DNA of 64,000 nucleotides from Bacteroidota bacterium (GTDB taxonomy: Bacteria; Bacteroidota; Bacteroidia; Flavobacteriales; Flavobacteriaceae): contig JAYQMD010000001.1 of NCBI GenBank assembly GCA_038143535.1, positions 326,265 through 390,264 on the forward strand, in the 5' to 3' direction. The notes below the pieces were generated by a model. The model searched no databases. It was not told where the DNA came from and worked only from the letters and a program-made list of their open reading frames with translations. Positions 10,181-19,002 of this stretch are shown piece by piece (within the stretch, counting starts at the first letter, position 1; every line of letters begins with the position of its first letter). The translations under genes and the position numbers were made by a program.

Positions 10181-11425
10181 CTATTTATCCAAATCAAATT
10201 GTTTAATTTTTCGGTAGAGTGTGCGTTCCGAAATACCCAATTCTGCTGCGGCAGCCTTTCTCCTGCCCTTGTTACGTTCCAATGCCTTGACGATAAGCTC
10301 TAGTTCTTTGTCTTGTAAAGATAAGGTTTCTGCCTCTTCAATCTCTTCTGCATATTCATATCTATCATTAAAATCCTGTTGAACGGGAGTGGCTGCATGC
10401 GTACTTTCTAAACGATAGGGTGTTTCTTCTTTGGTTTTGTCTCCGTATATTTTTTCAATTAACCCCTCGTGTTTGGCTTTTGCTTGATCCATGCTCGAGG
10501 TATTCATGAGCTCGTGTGTGAGTTTTTTTAGATCGTTGAGGTCAGCTTTCATGTCAAAAAGCACCTTGTACAGAATTTCACGCTCTGAAGAAAAATCACC
10601 ACCGGATTCTTTTTGGTCAATAACCGCAGGCAGGTTAACACTTGCTGCAGGCAGATATTGAATGAGAATCTTCGCATTGATATTTCTTTCTTGTTCCAAA
10701 ACAGAAAGCTGCTCGGCAATGTTGCGCAGTTGGCGGATATTTCCAGCCCACTGCTGTTGCTCAAGTAAGGTCTGTGCTTTATCATCCAATCGTACGGTTG
10801 GCATGCGGTATTTTTGAGCAAAGTCAGCAGCAAACTTTCGAAACAATAAGTGAATATCTCCCTTTCTGTCTCTGAGCGAAGGTAGGTTGATTTCAACCGT
10901 ACTTAGCCTGTAATATAAGTCTTCTCTAAATTTTCCTTTGTGAATGGCTTCAAGCATTTTGACATTTGTTGCTGCTACCACGCGAACATCCGTTTTTTGC
11001 ACCTTTGAAGACCCTACTTTTAAAAATTCGCCATTTTCCAAAACCCGAAGTAGTCTTACTTGAGTAGATAGTGGAAGCTCTCCAACTTCATCCAAAAATA
11101 TGGTGCCGCCATCGGCCACTTCAAAGTAACCACTACGCGTTTGGGTGGCTCCTGTAAAAGCCCCTTTCTCGTGTCCAAACAATTCAGAATCTATGGTTCC
11201 CTCTGGGATAGCACCACAGTTAACTGCGATAAACTTTCCGTGTTTACGGTTCGACAATTGATGAATGATACGTGGAAACACTTCTTTACCCACACCAGAT
11301 TCTCCCGTTACCAAAACCGAAATTTCTGTGGGCGCCACACGGAGTGCTTTGCCAATGGCAAAATTGAGTTGGGGATCATTACCAATGATGCCAAAACGTT
11401 GTTTTATATTTTGAAGATTATCCAT
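10181..11425 (-). CDS. sigma-54-dependent transcriptional activator (AAA+ plus Fis-type HTH, no N-terminal sensor domain)
   Basis: Walker A GESGVGKE lies about 45 residues from the start. The GAFTGA loop (EKGAFTGA) and the C-terminal HTH AAAELGISERTLYRKIKQF are present. The probable start MDNLQNIKQRF at 11425 lies just after the miaB stop. Confidence 0.85.
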   Translation of the reverse strand: MDNLQNIKQRFGIIGNDPQLNFAIGKALRVAPTEISVLVTGESGVGKEVFPRIIHQLSNRKHGKFIAVNCGAIPEGTIDSELFGHEKGAFTGATQTRSGYFEVADGGTIFLDEVGELPLSTQVRLLRVLENGEFLKVGSSKVQKTDVRVVAATNVKMLEAIHKGKFREDLYYRLSTVEINLPSLRDRKGDIHLLFRKFAADFAQKYRMPTVRLDDKAQTLLEQQQWAGNIRQLRNIAEQLSVLEQERNINAKILIQYLPAASVNLPAVIDQKESGGDFSSEREILYKVLFDMKADLNDLKKLTHELMNTSSMDQAKAKHEGLIEKIYGDKTKEETPYRLESTHAATPVQQDFNDRYEYAEEIEEAETLSLQDKELELIVKALERNKGRRKAAAAELGISERTLYRKIKQFDLDK

Positions 11426-12923
11426 GATGATATTTTTGAGATGGACCATAACCTACAGCAGTGCCAATAAGGGTTGCAGAAGTACAGGATTCAATATTGA
11501 CCGATACAAAATCACCTATTTTGTAATTGTCTTTTGGAAAAACGACAACGGTGTTTTGTTGTGCCCTCCCGCTCCATTGCTGGTCAGATCGTTTAGACGT
11601 TTTTTCGATTAGCACTTCTAGCGTTCTACCCAGTTGTTGATTATTTCGTATGAGTCCGTGTTTCTGTTGTAGATCCACAATTTCCTGAAGCCTTCTTTTT
11701 TTGACATCATCTGGAACATTGTCTTCTAATTTTTTTGCAGCAGGGGTGCCGGGGCGCTCAGAGTACATAAACATAAAACCAAAATCATAGGTTACATATT
11801 CCATGAGGCTCAACGTATCTTTATGATCTTGTTCCGTTTCGTTGGGAAAGCCTGCAATCATGTCTTGAGAAATACCGCAATCGGGCAATATATGTTTTAT
11901 GTCGTCAATTAATGCCATGTATTCCTCACGTGTGTGTTGGCGGTTCATGGCTTTTAGCACGGCATTGCTTCCAGATTGAACGGGGAGGTGGATGTAGTTG
12001 CAAATGTTAGGATGCTTGGCCATGATGTGAAGCACGTCTCGCGTCATGTCTTGTGGATTGGACGTTGAAAAGCGTATGCGGATTCCCGGATGTGCATGTG
12101 CTACCAAGTCCAATAAGTGATGAAAGTGAACGGCGGTTTTTTGTTGTAGTGGTCTGGCTTTTTGAAAATCTTTTTTAGGACCACCACCATACCAAAGGTA
12201 ACTATCAACGTTTTGTCCCAGAAGGGTAACTTCTTTAAAACCATTTTCGGCGAGATTACTCACCTCGGCTAAAATGCTTTTTGGGTCTCGACTCCGCTCA
12301 CGTCCACGCGTAAACGGCACTACGCAGAACGTGCACATATTGTCACAACCACGGGTTATGGAAACAAAAGCCGTTACACCGTTGGATTGCAGCCGCACAG
12401 GTCGCACATCTCCGTAAGTTTCTTCTTTTGAGAGAATAACATTAACAGCGTCTCTGCCTGATTCAACTTCTGCGACAAGATTTGGAAGGTCTTTGTAGGC
12501 ATCGGGTCCTACAACCAAATCCACAATTCTTTCTTCTTCCAAAAAAGCACTTTTCAGCCGTTCTGCCATACAGCCCAACACACCCACTTTTAAGTTTGGG
12601 TTCGATTTTTTTACTTTTTTAAAAGTGGTAAGACGTTTGCGAACGGTCTGTTCAGCCTTATCTCTTATGGAGCAGGTATTGAGTAGGATTAGGTCTGCTT
12701 CATTGGGCACGTTGGTTGTTTGATAGCCTGCCTCTCCCAATATGGAAGCAACAATTTCACTATCCGAAAAATTCATTTGACAGCCGTAGGATTCAATGAA
12801 CATCTTTTTTGTGCCTTTGTCTTTTAAACCTTTAGGAACGGTTAGTACCTCGCCATTATAGGCGTTTGGGTTTTTGGTATTAACAACTGGCGTGTCAGAC
12901 ATTCGTTTTTTTTGAGCATACAA
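11418..12923 (-). CDS. miaB: tRNA-i6A37 methylthiotransferase MiaB
   Basis: 501 aa with a UPF0004 domain (ESYGCQMN), radical-SAM CxxxCxxC (GCDNMCTFCVVP) and a C-terminal TRAM domain. The alternative start at 12902 (MSDTP...) is possible. Confidence 0.9.
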   Translation of the reverse strand: MYAQKKRMSDTPVVNTKNPNAYNGEVLTVPKGLKDKGTKKMFIESYGCQMNFSDSEIVASILGEAGYQTTNVPNEADLILLNTCSIRDKAEQTVRKRLTTFKKVKKSNPNLKVGVLGCMAERLKSAFLEEERIVDLVVGPDAYKDLPNLVAEVESGRDAVNVILSKEETYGDVRPVRLQSNGVTAFVSITRGCDNMCTFCVVPFTRGRERSRDPKSILAEVSNLAENGFKEVTLLGQNVDSYLWYGGGPKKDFQKARPLQQKTAVHFHHLLDLVAHAHPGIRIRFSTSNPQDMTRDVLHIMAKHPNICNYIHLPVQSGSNAVLKAMNRQHTREEYMALIDDIKHILPDCGISQDMIAGFPNETEQDHKDTLSLMEYVTYDFGFMFMYSERPGTPAAKKLEDNVPDDVKKRRLQEIVDLQQKHGLIRNNQQLGRTLEVLIEKTSKRSDQQWSGRAQQNTVVVFPKDNYKIGDFVSVNIESCTSATLIGTAVGYGPSQKYHHG

Positions 12924-13235
12924 AACTACAAAATATCATCGAAATTGACATTTTGTCAGGTTGTTATATTTTAAAGTATTTATTGGGGCAGACAAAGTTG
13001 TATAAGCCATGGCTTGTAGAATAATAATAACACCAACCTTAATTCCCGATTTTAAGTCAATAAAAGTTGAAGTACCTAAGTTTGATAAAAAGCCGGTTTT
13101 TTTACTCAAAGGGCTATATTAATTAAAGGTAAATAAAAATACTATTATTTTTCTCAGCAGTTTTTAAACCTGTTGAAATCCATTTTTTTTAAAGTAATTA
13201 TGCATCAAGGTTAACTTATAAATCATAAATTCTTC

Positions 13236-13243
13236 TACTTTTG
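13236..13243 (+). promoter_or_regulatory. -7 box TACTTTTG upstream of topA
   Basis: Matches TAnnTTTG, 17 nt before the topA ATG. Confidence 0.4.
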
Positions 13244-13259
13244 TCCTCAATATTTACCT

Positions 13260-15734
13260 ATGTCCAAAAATTTAGTCATCGTTGAGTCACCTGCAAAAGC
13301 CAAAACAATTGAAAAGTTTTTGGGGAATAAATTTAGAGTTGTGTCGAGCTTTGGACATATCTCAGATCTTCCTGCAAAGGAGTTGGGGGTAGATGTTACG
13401 GGCGACTTTAGTCCAAACTATATCGTAAACGACGACAAGAAGAAGGTAGTGCGCGACCTACGCACTTTGGCTAAAAAGGCTGAAACCATTTGGCTGGCTA
13501 GTGATGAAGACCGAGAGGGAGAAGCCATTGCTTGGCACTTGATACAACAACTTGACTTAAATCAGCAGAGTACTAAACGCATTGTTTTTCACGAGATCAC
13601 AAAGGATGCCATACAGAACGCCATTCAACACCCAAGGCCCATCAATCAGCATTTGGTAGACGCACAACAAGCGCGTCGTGTCTTGGACCGATTGGTGGGT
13701 TACGAACTTTCGCCCATACTTTGGCGCAAAGTTAAAGGAGGGCTATCTGCAGGTCGTGTCCAATCGGTTTCGGTTCGGATCATTGTGGAACGCGAACGAG
13801 AAATAGAAGCCTTCAGTCCAAAAGCATCGTTTAAAATTCAGGCTATTTTTCTTACAAATTCAGGCAAAGCCATTAAAGCATCTTCTGCTGCTACTTACGA
13901 AACTGCGGAGGAGGCAAATGCCTTTTTATCACAAAACATCGGAGCTGCTTTCGCAGTATCAAATTTGGAAAAAAAGCCAGCGAGTAAATCGCCAACGGCA
14001 CCTTTTACGACCTCGACCTTGCAACAGGAAGCTTCTCGAAAACTTGGTTTTTCGGTAAGTAGAACCATGTCAAATGCACAGCGTTTGTACGAGGCAGGGC
14101 ACATCACCTATATGCGAACAGACAGTGTAACCCTTTCAAAGCAAGCCCTAAATGAGGCTCGTGAGGTTATCACTAATGCGTACGGGCCTGAGTATGCACA
14201 AACACGTGTGTTTAAAACAAAAAATAAGGGGGCGCAAGAGGCGCACGAGGCCATACGCCCAACCAAACTGGCTTGTATGCGTGTTGATGCTGCACCAGAT
14301 GAACAGCGACTGTATGAATTGATATGGAAAAGAACCGTAGCTTCCCAAATGAGCGATGCCATATTGGAACGCAGCGTTATCCAGATTAATGCCGACAAGC
14401 ACGATAAGAAATTTACCGCTCGTGGCGAAGTGGTTACTTTTGAAGGGTTTTTAAAGTTGTATATTGAAGGAAAAGACGAAGAGGAAGATGCACAAGAAGG
14501 CTTGTTGCCAAAAGTAATGCAAGGCGAGCAGTTAGGTGCCAAAACTATTACTGCGACAGAAAGATTTACCAGACCTCTGGCTCGTTACACTGAGGCTTCT
14601 CTTGTAAAGCGTTTGGAAGAATTGGGTATCGGTCGTCCTTCGACCTATGCGCCGACAATAACAACGATTATCAATCGAAAATACATTGAAAAGGGAACTG
14701 TTGAGGGCGATGAAAGAAACTTCACCCAACTGGTTTTAACGCAAAATGAAATTAAAAAAGAAATACACAGCGAACGTGTTGGTTCGGAGAAGGGTAAATT
14801 GGTTCCTACTGACGTTGGGATGCTGGTCAATGACTTTTTGGTAAAGAACTTCCCCAGTGTTGTTGATTATAATTTTACTGCTGAAGTGGAGCAAGGCTTT
14901 GACTCAATTGCACTTGGTAATGAAGATTGGAAAAGTATGATAAAATCATTTTATAAAGATTTCCATCCTGTTGTTGAAGATGTTAAGGAAAATGCACAGC
15001 GCGAAATAGGCGAACGCATACTAGGCGTTGACCCAAAAACGGGACGCCAGCTAAGTGTCCGTTTAGGGAAGTTTGGTGCCATGGCACAAATTGGAACTGC
15101 TGAAGAGGAGGAAAAACCCTTGTTTGCCAGTTTACATCCCGATCAGCAATTGACAAAAATCACTTTTGAGGAGGCGTTGGACTTATTTAAACTCCCCTTG
15201 TATTTGGGTGAATTTGATAACGAAGCCGTTGAAGTTAATAATGGGCGTTACGGTCCTTATGTACGTCACGGAAAAACATTTATCTCACTGCCAAAAGGAA
15301 AAAACCCATTGACAACCTCGCTTGACGAAGCAATTGAGTACATTGAGGAAAAGCGCATTGCCGATGCCCCCATTGCCACTTATGAAGAACTCCCAGTCAC
15401 CAAAGGGGTTGGACGATTTGGTCCTTTTATCAAGTGGAATGGCTGGTTTATCAATGTTTCAAAAAAATACAATTACGATAATTTGACAGCTGTAGATATT
15501 GCCCAATTAATTGATAACAAGAAGAAAAAAGAAGAAGAACGCGTTGTTCACAATTGGGAAAATGAAGGCGTACGGGTTGAAAAAGCACGTTGGGGCAGAC
15601 ACACTATCATCAAAGGCAAGCAAAAAGTCGAACTTCAAAAAACGATTGACGTTTCAGATATGACGCTTACTCAGGCGATGTCTTATTTTGAGAAACAAAA
15701 ACCCAAGAAGAAAAAGCGTACCAAAAAGAAATAA
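13260..15734 (+). CDS. topA: DNA topoisomerase I
   Basis: 824 aa. Has a TOPRIM N-terminus (LVIVESPAKAKTIEKFLG), a type IA core (ITYMRTDS with the catalytic Tyr context) and a Lys-rich C-terminal tail. Confidence 0.95.
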   Translation: MSKNLVIVESPAKAKTIEKFLGNKFRVVSSFGHISDLPAKELGVDVTGDFSPNYIVNDDKKKVVRDLRTLAKKAETIWLASDEDREGEAIAWHLIQQLDLNQQSTKRIVFHEITKDAIQNAIQHPRPINQHLVDAQQARRVLDRLVGYELSPILWRKVKGGLSAGRVQSVSVRIIVEREREIEAFSPKASFKIQAIFLTNSGKAIKASSAATYETAEEANAFLSQNIGAAFAVSNLEKKPASKSPTAPFTTSTLQQEASRKLGFSVSRTMSNAQRLYEAGHITYMRTDSVTLSKQALNEAREVITNAYGPEYAQTRVFKTKNKGAQEAHEAIRPTKLACMRVDAAPDEQRLYELIWKRTVASQMSDAILERSVIQINADKHDKKFTARGEVVTFEGFLKLYIEGKDEEEDAQEGLLPKVMQGEQLGAKTITATERFTRPLARYTEASLVKRLEELGIGRPSTYAPTITTIINRKYIEKGTVEGDERNFTQLVLTQNEIKKEIHSERVGSEKGKLVPTDVGMLVNDFLVKNFPSVVDYNFTAEVEQGFDSIALGNEDWKSMIKSFYKDFHPVVEDVKENAQREIGERILGVDPKTGRQLSVRLGKFGAMAQIGTAEEEEKPLFASLHPDQQLTKITFEEALDLFKLPLYLGEFDNEAVEVNNGRYGPYVRHGKTFISLPKGKNPLTTSLDEAIEYIEEKRIADAPIATYEELPVTKGVGRFGPFIKWNGWFINVSKKYNYDNLTAVDIAQLIDNKKKKEEERVVHNWENEGVRVEKARWGRHTIIKGKQKVELQKTIDVSDMTLTQAMSYFEKQKPKKKKRTKKK

Positions 15735-15736
15735 AG

Positions 15737-16873
15737 GTGGATTTTGACTTTTTAAGTCCTATTGACGAACGACTTTTGGCACACAACCTAATGCTGCCAG
15801 AGCAGGTTATCGGACGCAACTTTAGCATACATACCCAAAAAGATGGTATTCCAGAATTGACGGATGTGCGTGTTGCTTTGGTATCCCTAGAGCCACGCCT
15901 GGTCAAAGGAGAGCCGTTGCATTTACGTTTTCGTCAACAATTCTTCCAACTTTTCGTTGGAAATTGGGATTTTCCATGTGCTGATCTTGGTGTGTTGCAC
16001 AGTGGCGACCATCCCAAAGACACCTTATTTGCATTAAAAACATTGGTAAGAAAACTGCATCAGCGCAATATCTTTATTATTGTTGTTGGGGGAGAACAGG
16101 AAAACACACTTGGCATGTTTAGGGGGCTGAGCGGCATGAACACATTTATAAATCTAACTTCAATTGATGCGCGCTTTGATTTTGGTGAGCCTGGTATTTT
16201 GGTTTCAGATGATAGTTATATGTCAAACATTATTACTGAGAAACCAAATAACTTAAAGCAGTTTACCAACCTTGGTTACCAATCATATTACATTTCCCAG
16301 GAGGAGTTAGATTTAATGCAAAAGCTCTTTTTTGATGCATATCGTTTAGGTGATGTAGCGGCTGATTTACACGAGTCTGAACCGATTTTAAGAGATACAG
16401 ATATTCTTTCTGTTGATATGAGCTCCGTAAAAGCAAGCGAATTGGACGATCCCAAAGGATTACCCAATGGCTTTGACGGCGCACAAATATGTAAGCTTAT
16501 GCGCTATGCAGGCTTGAGTGATAGATTAAGCGTTTTGGGTGTTTTTAATATTTCAGGTGGCCTAAGAGCAGATCAGTTACTCGCACAAATGATATGGTAT
16601 GTGCTTGAAGGATATTGCCATCGCATGAACGAATATCCGTTTTCAACACACGAGGTTTGCACAAAATTCGTTGTTCCACAAGAAAAATCAGAGTTGATTT
16701 TTTATAGAAGCGAAAAAAGTCAACGCTGGTGGATTGAAGTTCCAAAAGAAGGTAATTATAATAATAATGACCAATTTACGTTATTACCATGTGCTGAAAA
16801 AGACTACCGATTGGCCCAAAAAGGAGAAGTTCCTAGCCGTTGGTGGAGATCAGTTAAGCGAAGTATGCATTAA
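15737..16873 (+). CDS. arginase/formiminoglutamase-fold protein, probably non-catalytic
   Basis: 378 aa with a GTG start 3 nt after the topA stop. The layout is ureohydrolase-like, but the motif positions read GGEQEN, DARFD and SVDMSSV instead of the usual His/Asp metal ligands. Confidence 0.6.
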   Translation: MDFDFLSPIDERLLAHNLMLPEQVIGRNFSIHTQKDGIPELTDVRVALVSLEPRLVKGEPLHLRFRQQFFQLFVGNWDFPCADLGVLHSGDHPKDTLFALKTLVRKLHQRNIFIIVVGGEQENTLGMFRGLSGMNTFINLTSIDARFDFGEPGILVSDDSYMSNIITEKPNNLKQFTNLGYQSYYISQEELDLMQKLFFDAYRLGDVAADLHESEPILRDTDILSVDMSSVKASELDDPKGLPNGFDGAQICKLMRYAGLSDRLSVLGVFNISGGLRADQLLAQMIWYVLEGYCHRMNEYPFSTHEVCTKFVVPQEKSELIFYRSEKSQRWWIEVPKEGNYNNNDQFTLLPCAEKDYRLAQKGEVPSRWWRSVKRSMH

Positions 16874-16879
16874 ATTCCA

Positions 16880-16887
16880 TATTTTTG
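16880..16887 (+). promoter_or_regulatory. -7 box TATTTTTG upstream of gldK
   Basis: Matches TAnnTTTG, about 43 nt before the gldK ATG. Confidence 0.35.
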
Positions 16888-16929
16888 ATGCAATGTTTTT
16901 ATAAAAAGATAAACAATTTTTAAAACTTA

Positions 16930-18381
16930 ATGAAAAAGGTACCGCTATTTTTTCTTGCCGCATTTACCCTTATCGGTTGCGGTAAATCCAAACAGGGTGA
17001 GTTGGTTGGTGTGAAGCAAAAAAAGTTTTACCCCCAGAAGCCTCATGGAATGACTTTAATTCCTGGCGGTTCATACATTATGGGTTCGTCTGATGAGGAT
17101 ATTATTGCCTCCATCGACAATCCAACGCAAACGGTGACCTTACGTTCCTTTTGGATGGACGAAACTGAAATCACCAATGCTGAATACATGCAGTTTGTAG
17201 AGTGGGTAAAAGATTCCATTATCCGAACAGAGCTTGCAAAGGCAGCATTGCTCAAGGGTGGTTATTTCTCTGTTTCAGAATTCCCAGCATCAGATGAAGA
17301 GTTTGAAGCCAACCCCATACTTGAATATTTGCCGAGTTACGATATGGATGCGCTTGAGAACCAAGATGAAGATGAAAAAAGCGGATACCAACAATATTTA
17401 GAAGAAAATTTTTCAGATGTAGTTTCAAACTATTATGAAACAGAAGATGCTCCTGACAACGAATTTCATTATCACCTTCCGCTTAACAAAGATGTAGATA
17501 TCATTAAAGATCGTGAGGACTACCCAGATGTTGATTATGCGCGTGTTTTTGAAGAAACAATATATTTACCAGAAAAGGAATGGTTTAACGGAGAGCCAGC
17601 TGTTAACACTAAGCTTCTTAAGTATCGTTTTACAAGTGTTGATTTAAACGATGCCGTCAAAAATCCGGATAGCGCTCGATCGAGTTTTGCACGATATGAA
17701 GTACATGAAATCTATCCAGACACCACAGTTTGGATTAAAGATTTCAAATATAGTTACAACGAGCCCATGCACAACGACTATTTTTGGCATCAAGCTTATG
17801 CCAATTATCCAGTTGTTGGTGTAACATGGAATCAGGCCAGAGCCTTTGCACACTGGCGAACCAAAATGAGAAATGACTATTTACGTAGCAGAAAAAAGCG
17901 TAAGTCTACCATAGGAAAGTTTAGACTGCCTACCGAATCTGAATGGGAATATGCAGCCCGAGGCGGATTGGAATCTGCTACCTATCCTTGGGGAGGTCCT
18001 TACCTTACAGATGACCGTGGCTGTTTTATGGCTAATTTTAAACCCAGACGAAACGATTATGCTGCTGATATGTCTTTATACACTGTGGAGGCAGACTCAT
18101 ATGAGCCAAACGATTACGGCCTTTATAATATGTCTGGTAACGTATCTGAGTGGACGCACTCAACCTACACTAAGGATACGTATAATTTTGTTTCATCCAT
18201 AAACCCTAACTATAACAACCTTACTGATGAGCAAAAAGTAATTCGCGGGGGATCCTGGAAAGATGTGGCTTACTACCTGCGCGTTGCGACAAGAGATTAT
18301 GAATATGCCGATAGTGCTCGAAGTTATTTGGGCTTCCGTTTAGTACGCGACTATTTAGGCGAAAATGACACACAACAATAA
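16930..18381 (+). CDS. gldK: gliding motility / T9SS lipoprotein GldK (PorK family, FGE-sulfatase fold)
   Basis: Lipoprotein signal FLAAFTLIGC. The FGE-like domain reads GVTWNQARAFAHWRT ... RGGSWKDVAYYLRVATRDY...GFRLV. It is followed by gldL, gldM and gldN. Confidence 0.85.
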   Translation: MKKVPLFFLAAFTLIGCGKSKQGELVGVKQKKFYPQKPHGMTLIPGGSYIMGSSDEDIIASIDNPTQTVTLRSFWMDETEITNAEYMQFVEWVKDSIIRTELAKAALLKGGYFSVSEFPASDEEFEANPILEYLPSYDMDALENQDEDEKSGYQQYLEENFSDVVSNYYETEDAPDNEFHYHLPLNKDVDIIKDREDYPDVDYARVFEETIYLPEKEWFNGEPAVNTKLLKYRFTSVDLNDAVKNPDSARSSFARYEVHEIYPDTTVWIKDFKYSYNEPMHNDYFWHQAYANYPVVGVTWNQARAFAHWRTKMRNDYLRSRKKRKSTIGKFRLPTESEWEYAARGGLESATYPWGGPYLTDDRGCFMANFKPRRNDYAADMSLYTVEADSYEPNDYGLYNMSGNVSEWTHSTYTKDTYNFVSSINPNYNNLTDEQKVIRGGSWKDVAYYLRVATRDYEYADSARSYLGFRLVRDYLGENDTQQ

Positions 18382-18388
18382 AAACAAC

Positions 18389-19000
18389 ATGAAAAAAAAG
18401 AAATTTCCAATACCAGAAAATATAATTGAACTCCTCTTCGGGGCAGGCGCGTCAGTAGTTATTATTGGTGCATTAATGAAAATTACGCATTTCAACTCTG
18501 AATTTATTTCAGGTAACACCATGCTTACTATTGGTTTAGTGACAGAGGCTGTAATCTTTCTTATTGCTGGGTTTAGAGGATATGTGTTGTTAAGTGAAGA
18601 CACAGCTGCTGTGGGTACTGAACACGCTACAGACTTATCCGATATTGCTGCTGAAGCAGATGCATTAAAAGCAGCTTATCAAAACGCGACATCACAACTT
18701 GAAACCTTAGGTACAAATCTAAGTAGTGCAGTAAGCGCAACAGGAACCTTGGAAGTTCCTGCTGATTTGCCTGATAACATGACAAGCTTGAATAGCAATG
18801 TTGCCCAAACAAACCAAGCATTAGAGCAGTTGTCTGCCGCTTACAGCGCCACGACAGATGCCATTGCAACTGAACCAAAAGCGCACAGTGAGGTAGTTAC
18901 CAGCATGAATGCATTGCACGCTGAATTGGCAACAATGAAAAATACGATTGCAGACCTTAATGCCAAATATACCGACATTTTAGGAGCAATGAAAAACTAA
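18389..19000 (+). CDS. gldL: gliding motility / T9SS motor protein GldL (PorL family)
   Basis: Two N-terminal TM helices (LLFGAGASVVIIGALMKITHF... / TIGLVTEAVIFLIAGF) are followed by an Ala/Thr-rich helical cytoplasmic part, matching GldL. The ATG at 18389 lies 7 nt after the gldK stop. Confidence 0.8.
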   Translation: MKKKKFPIPENIIELLFGAGASVVIIGALMKITHFNSEFISGNTMLTIGLVTEAVIFLIAGFRGYVLLSEDTAAVGTEHATDLSDIAAEADALKAAYQNATSQLETLGTNLSSAVSATGTLEVPADLPDNMTSLNSNVAQTNQALEQLSAAYSATTDAIATEPKAHSEVVTSMNALHAELATMKNTIADLNAKYTDILGAMKN

Positions 19001-19002
19001 AT

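Noticed and set aside
16930-18381. GldK as the formylglycine-generating enzyme for the nearby sulfatases.
   Set aside because: GldK/PorK proteins share the FGE fold but are structural T9SS ring lipoproteins. The gene is embedded in the gldKLMN operon, and about 7 kb of unrelated genes separate it from the first sulfatase. The proximity is most likely coincidental.
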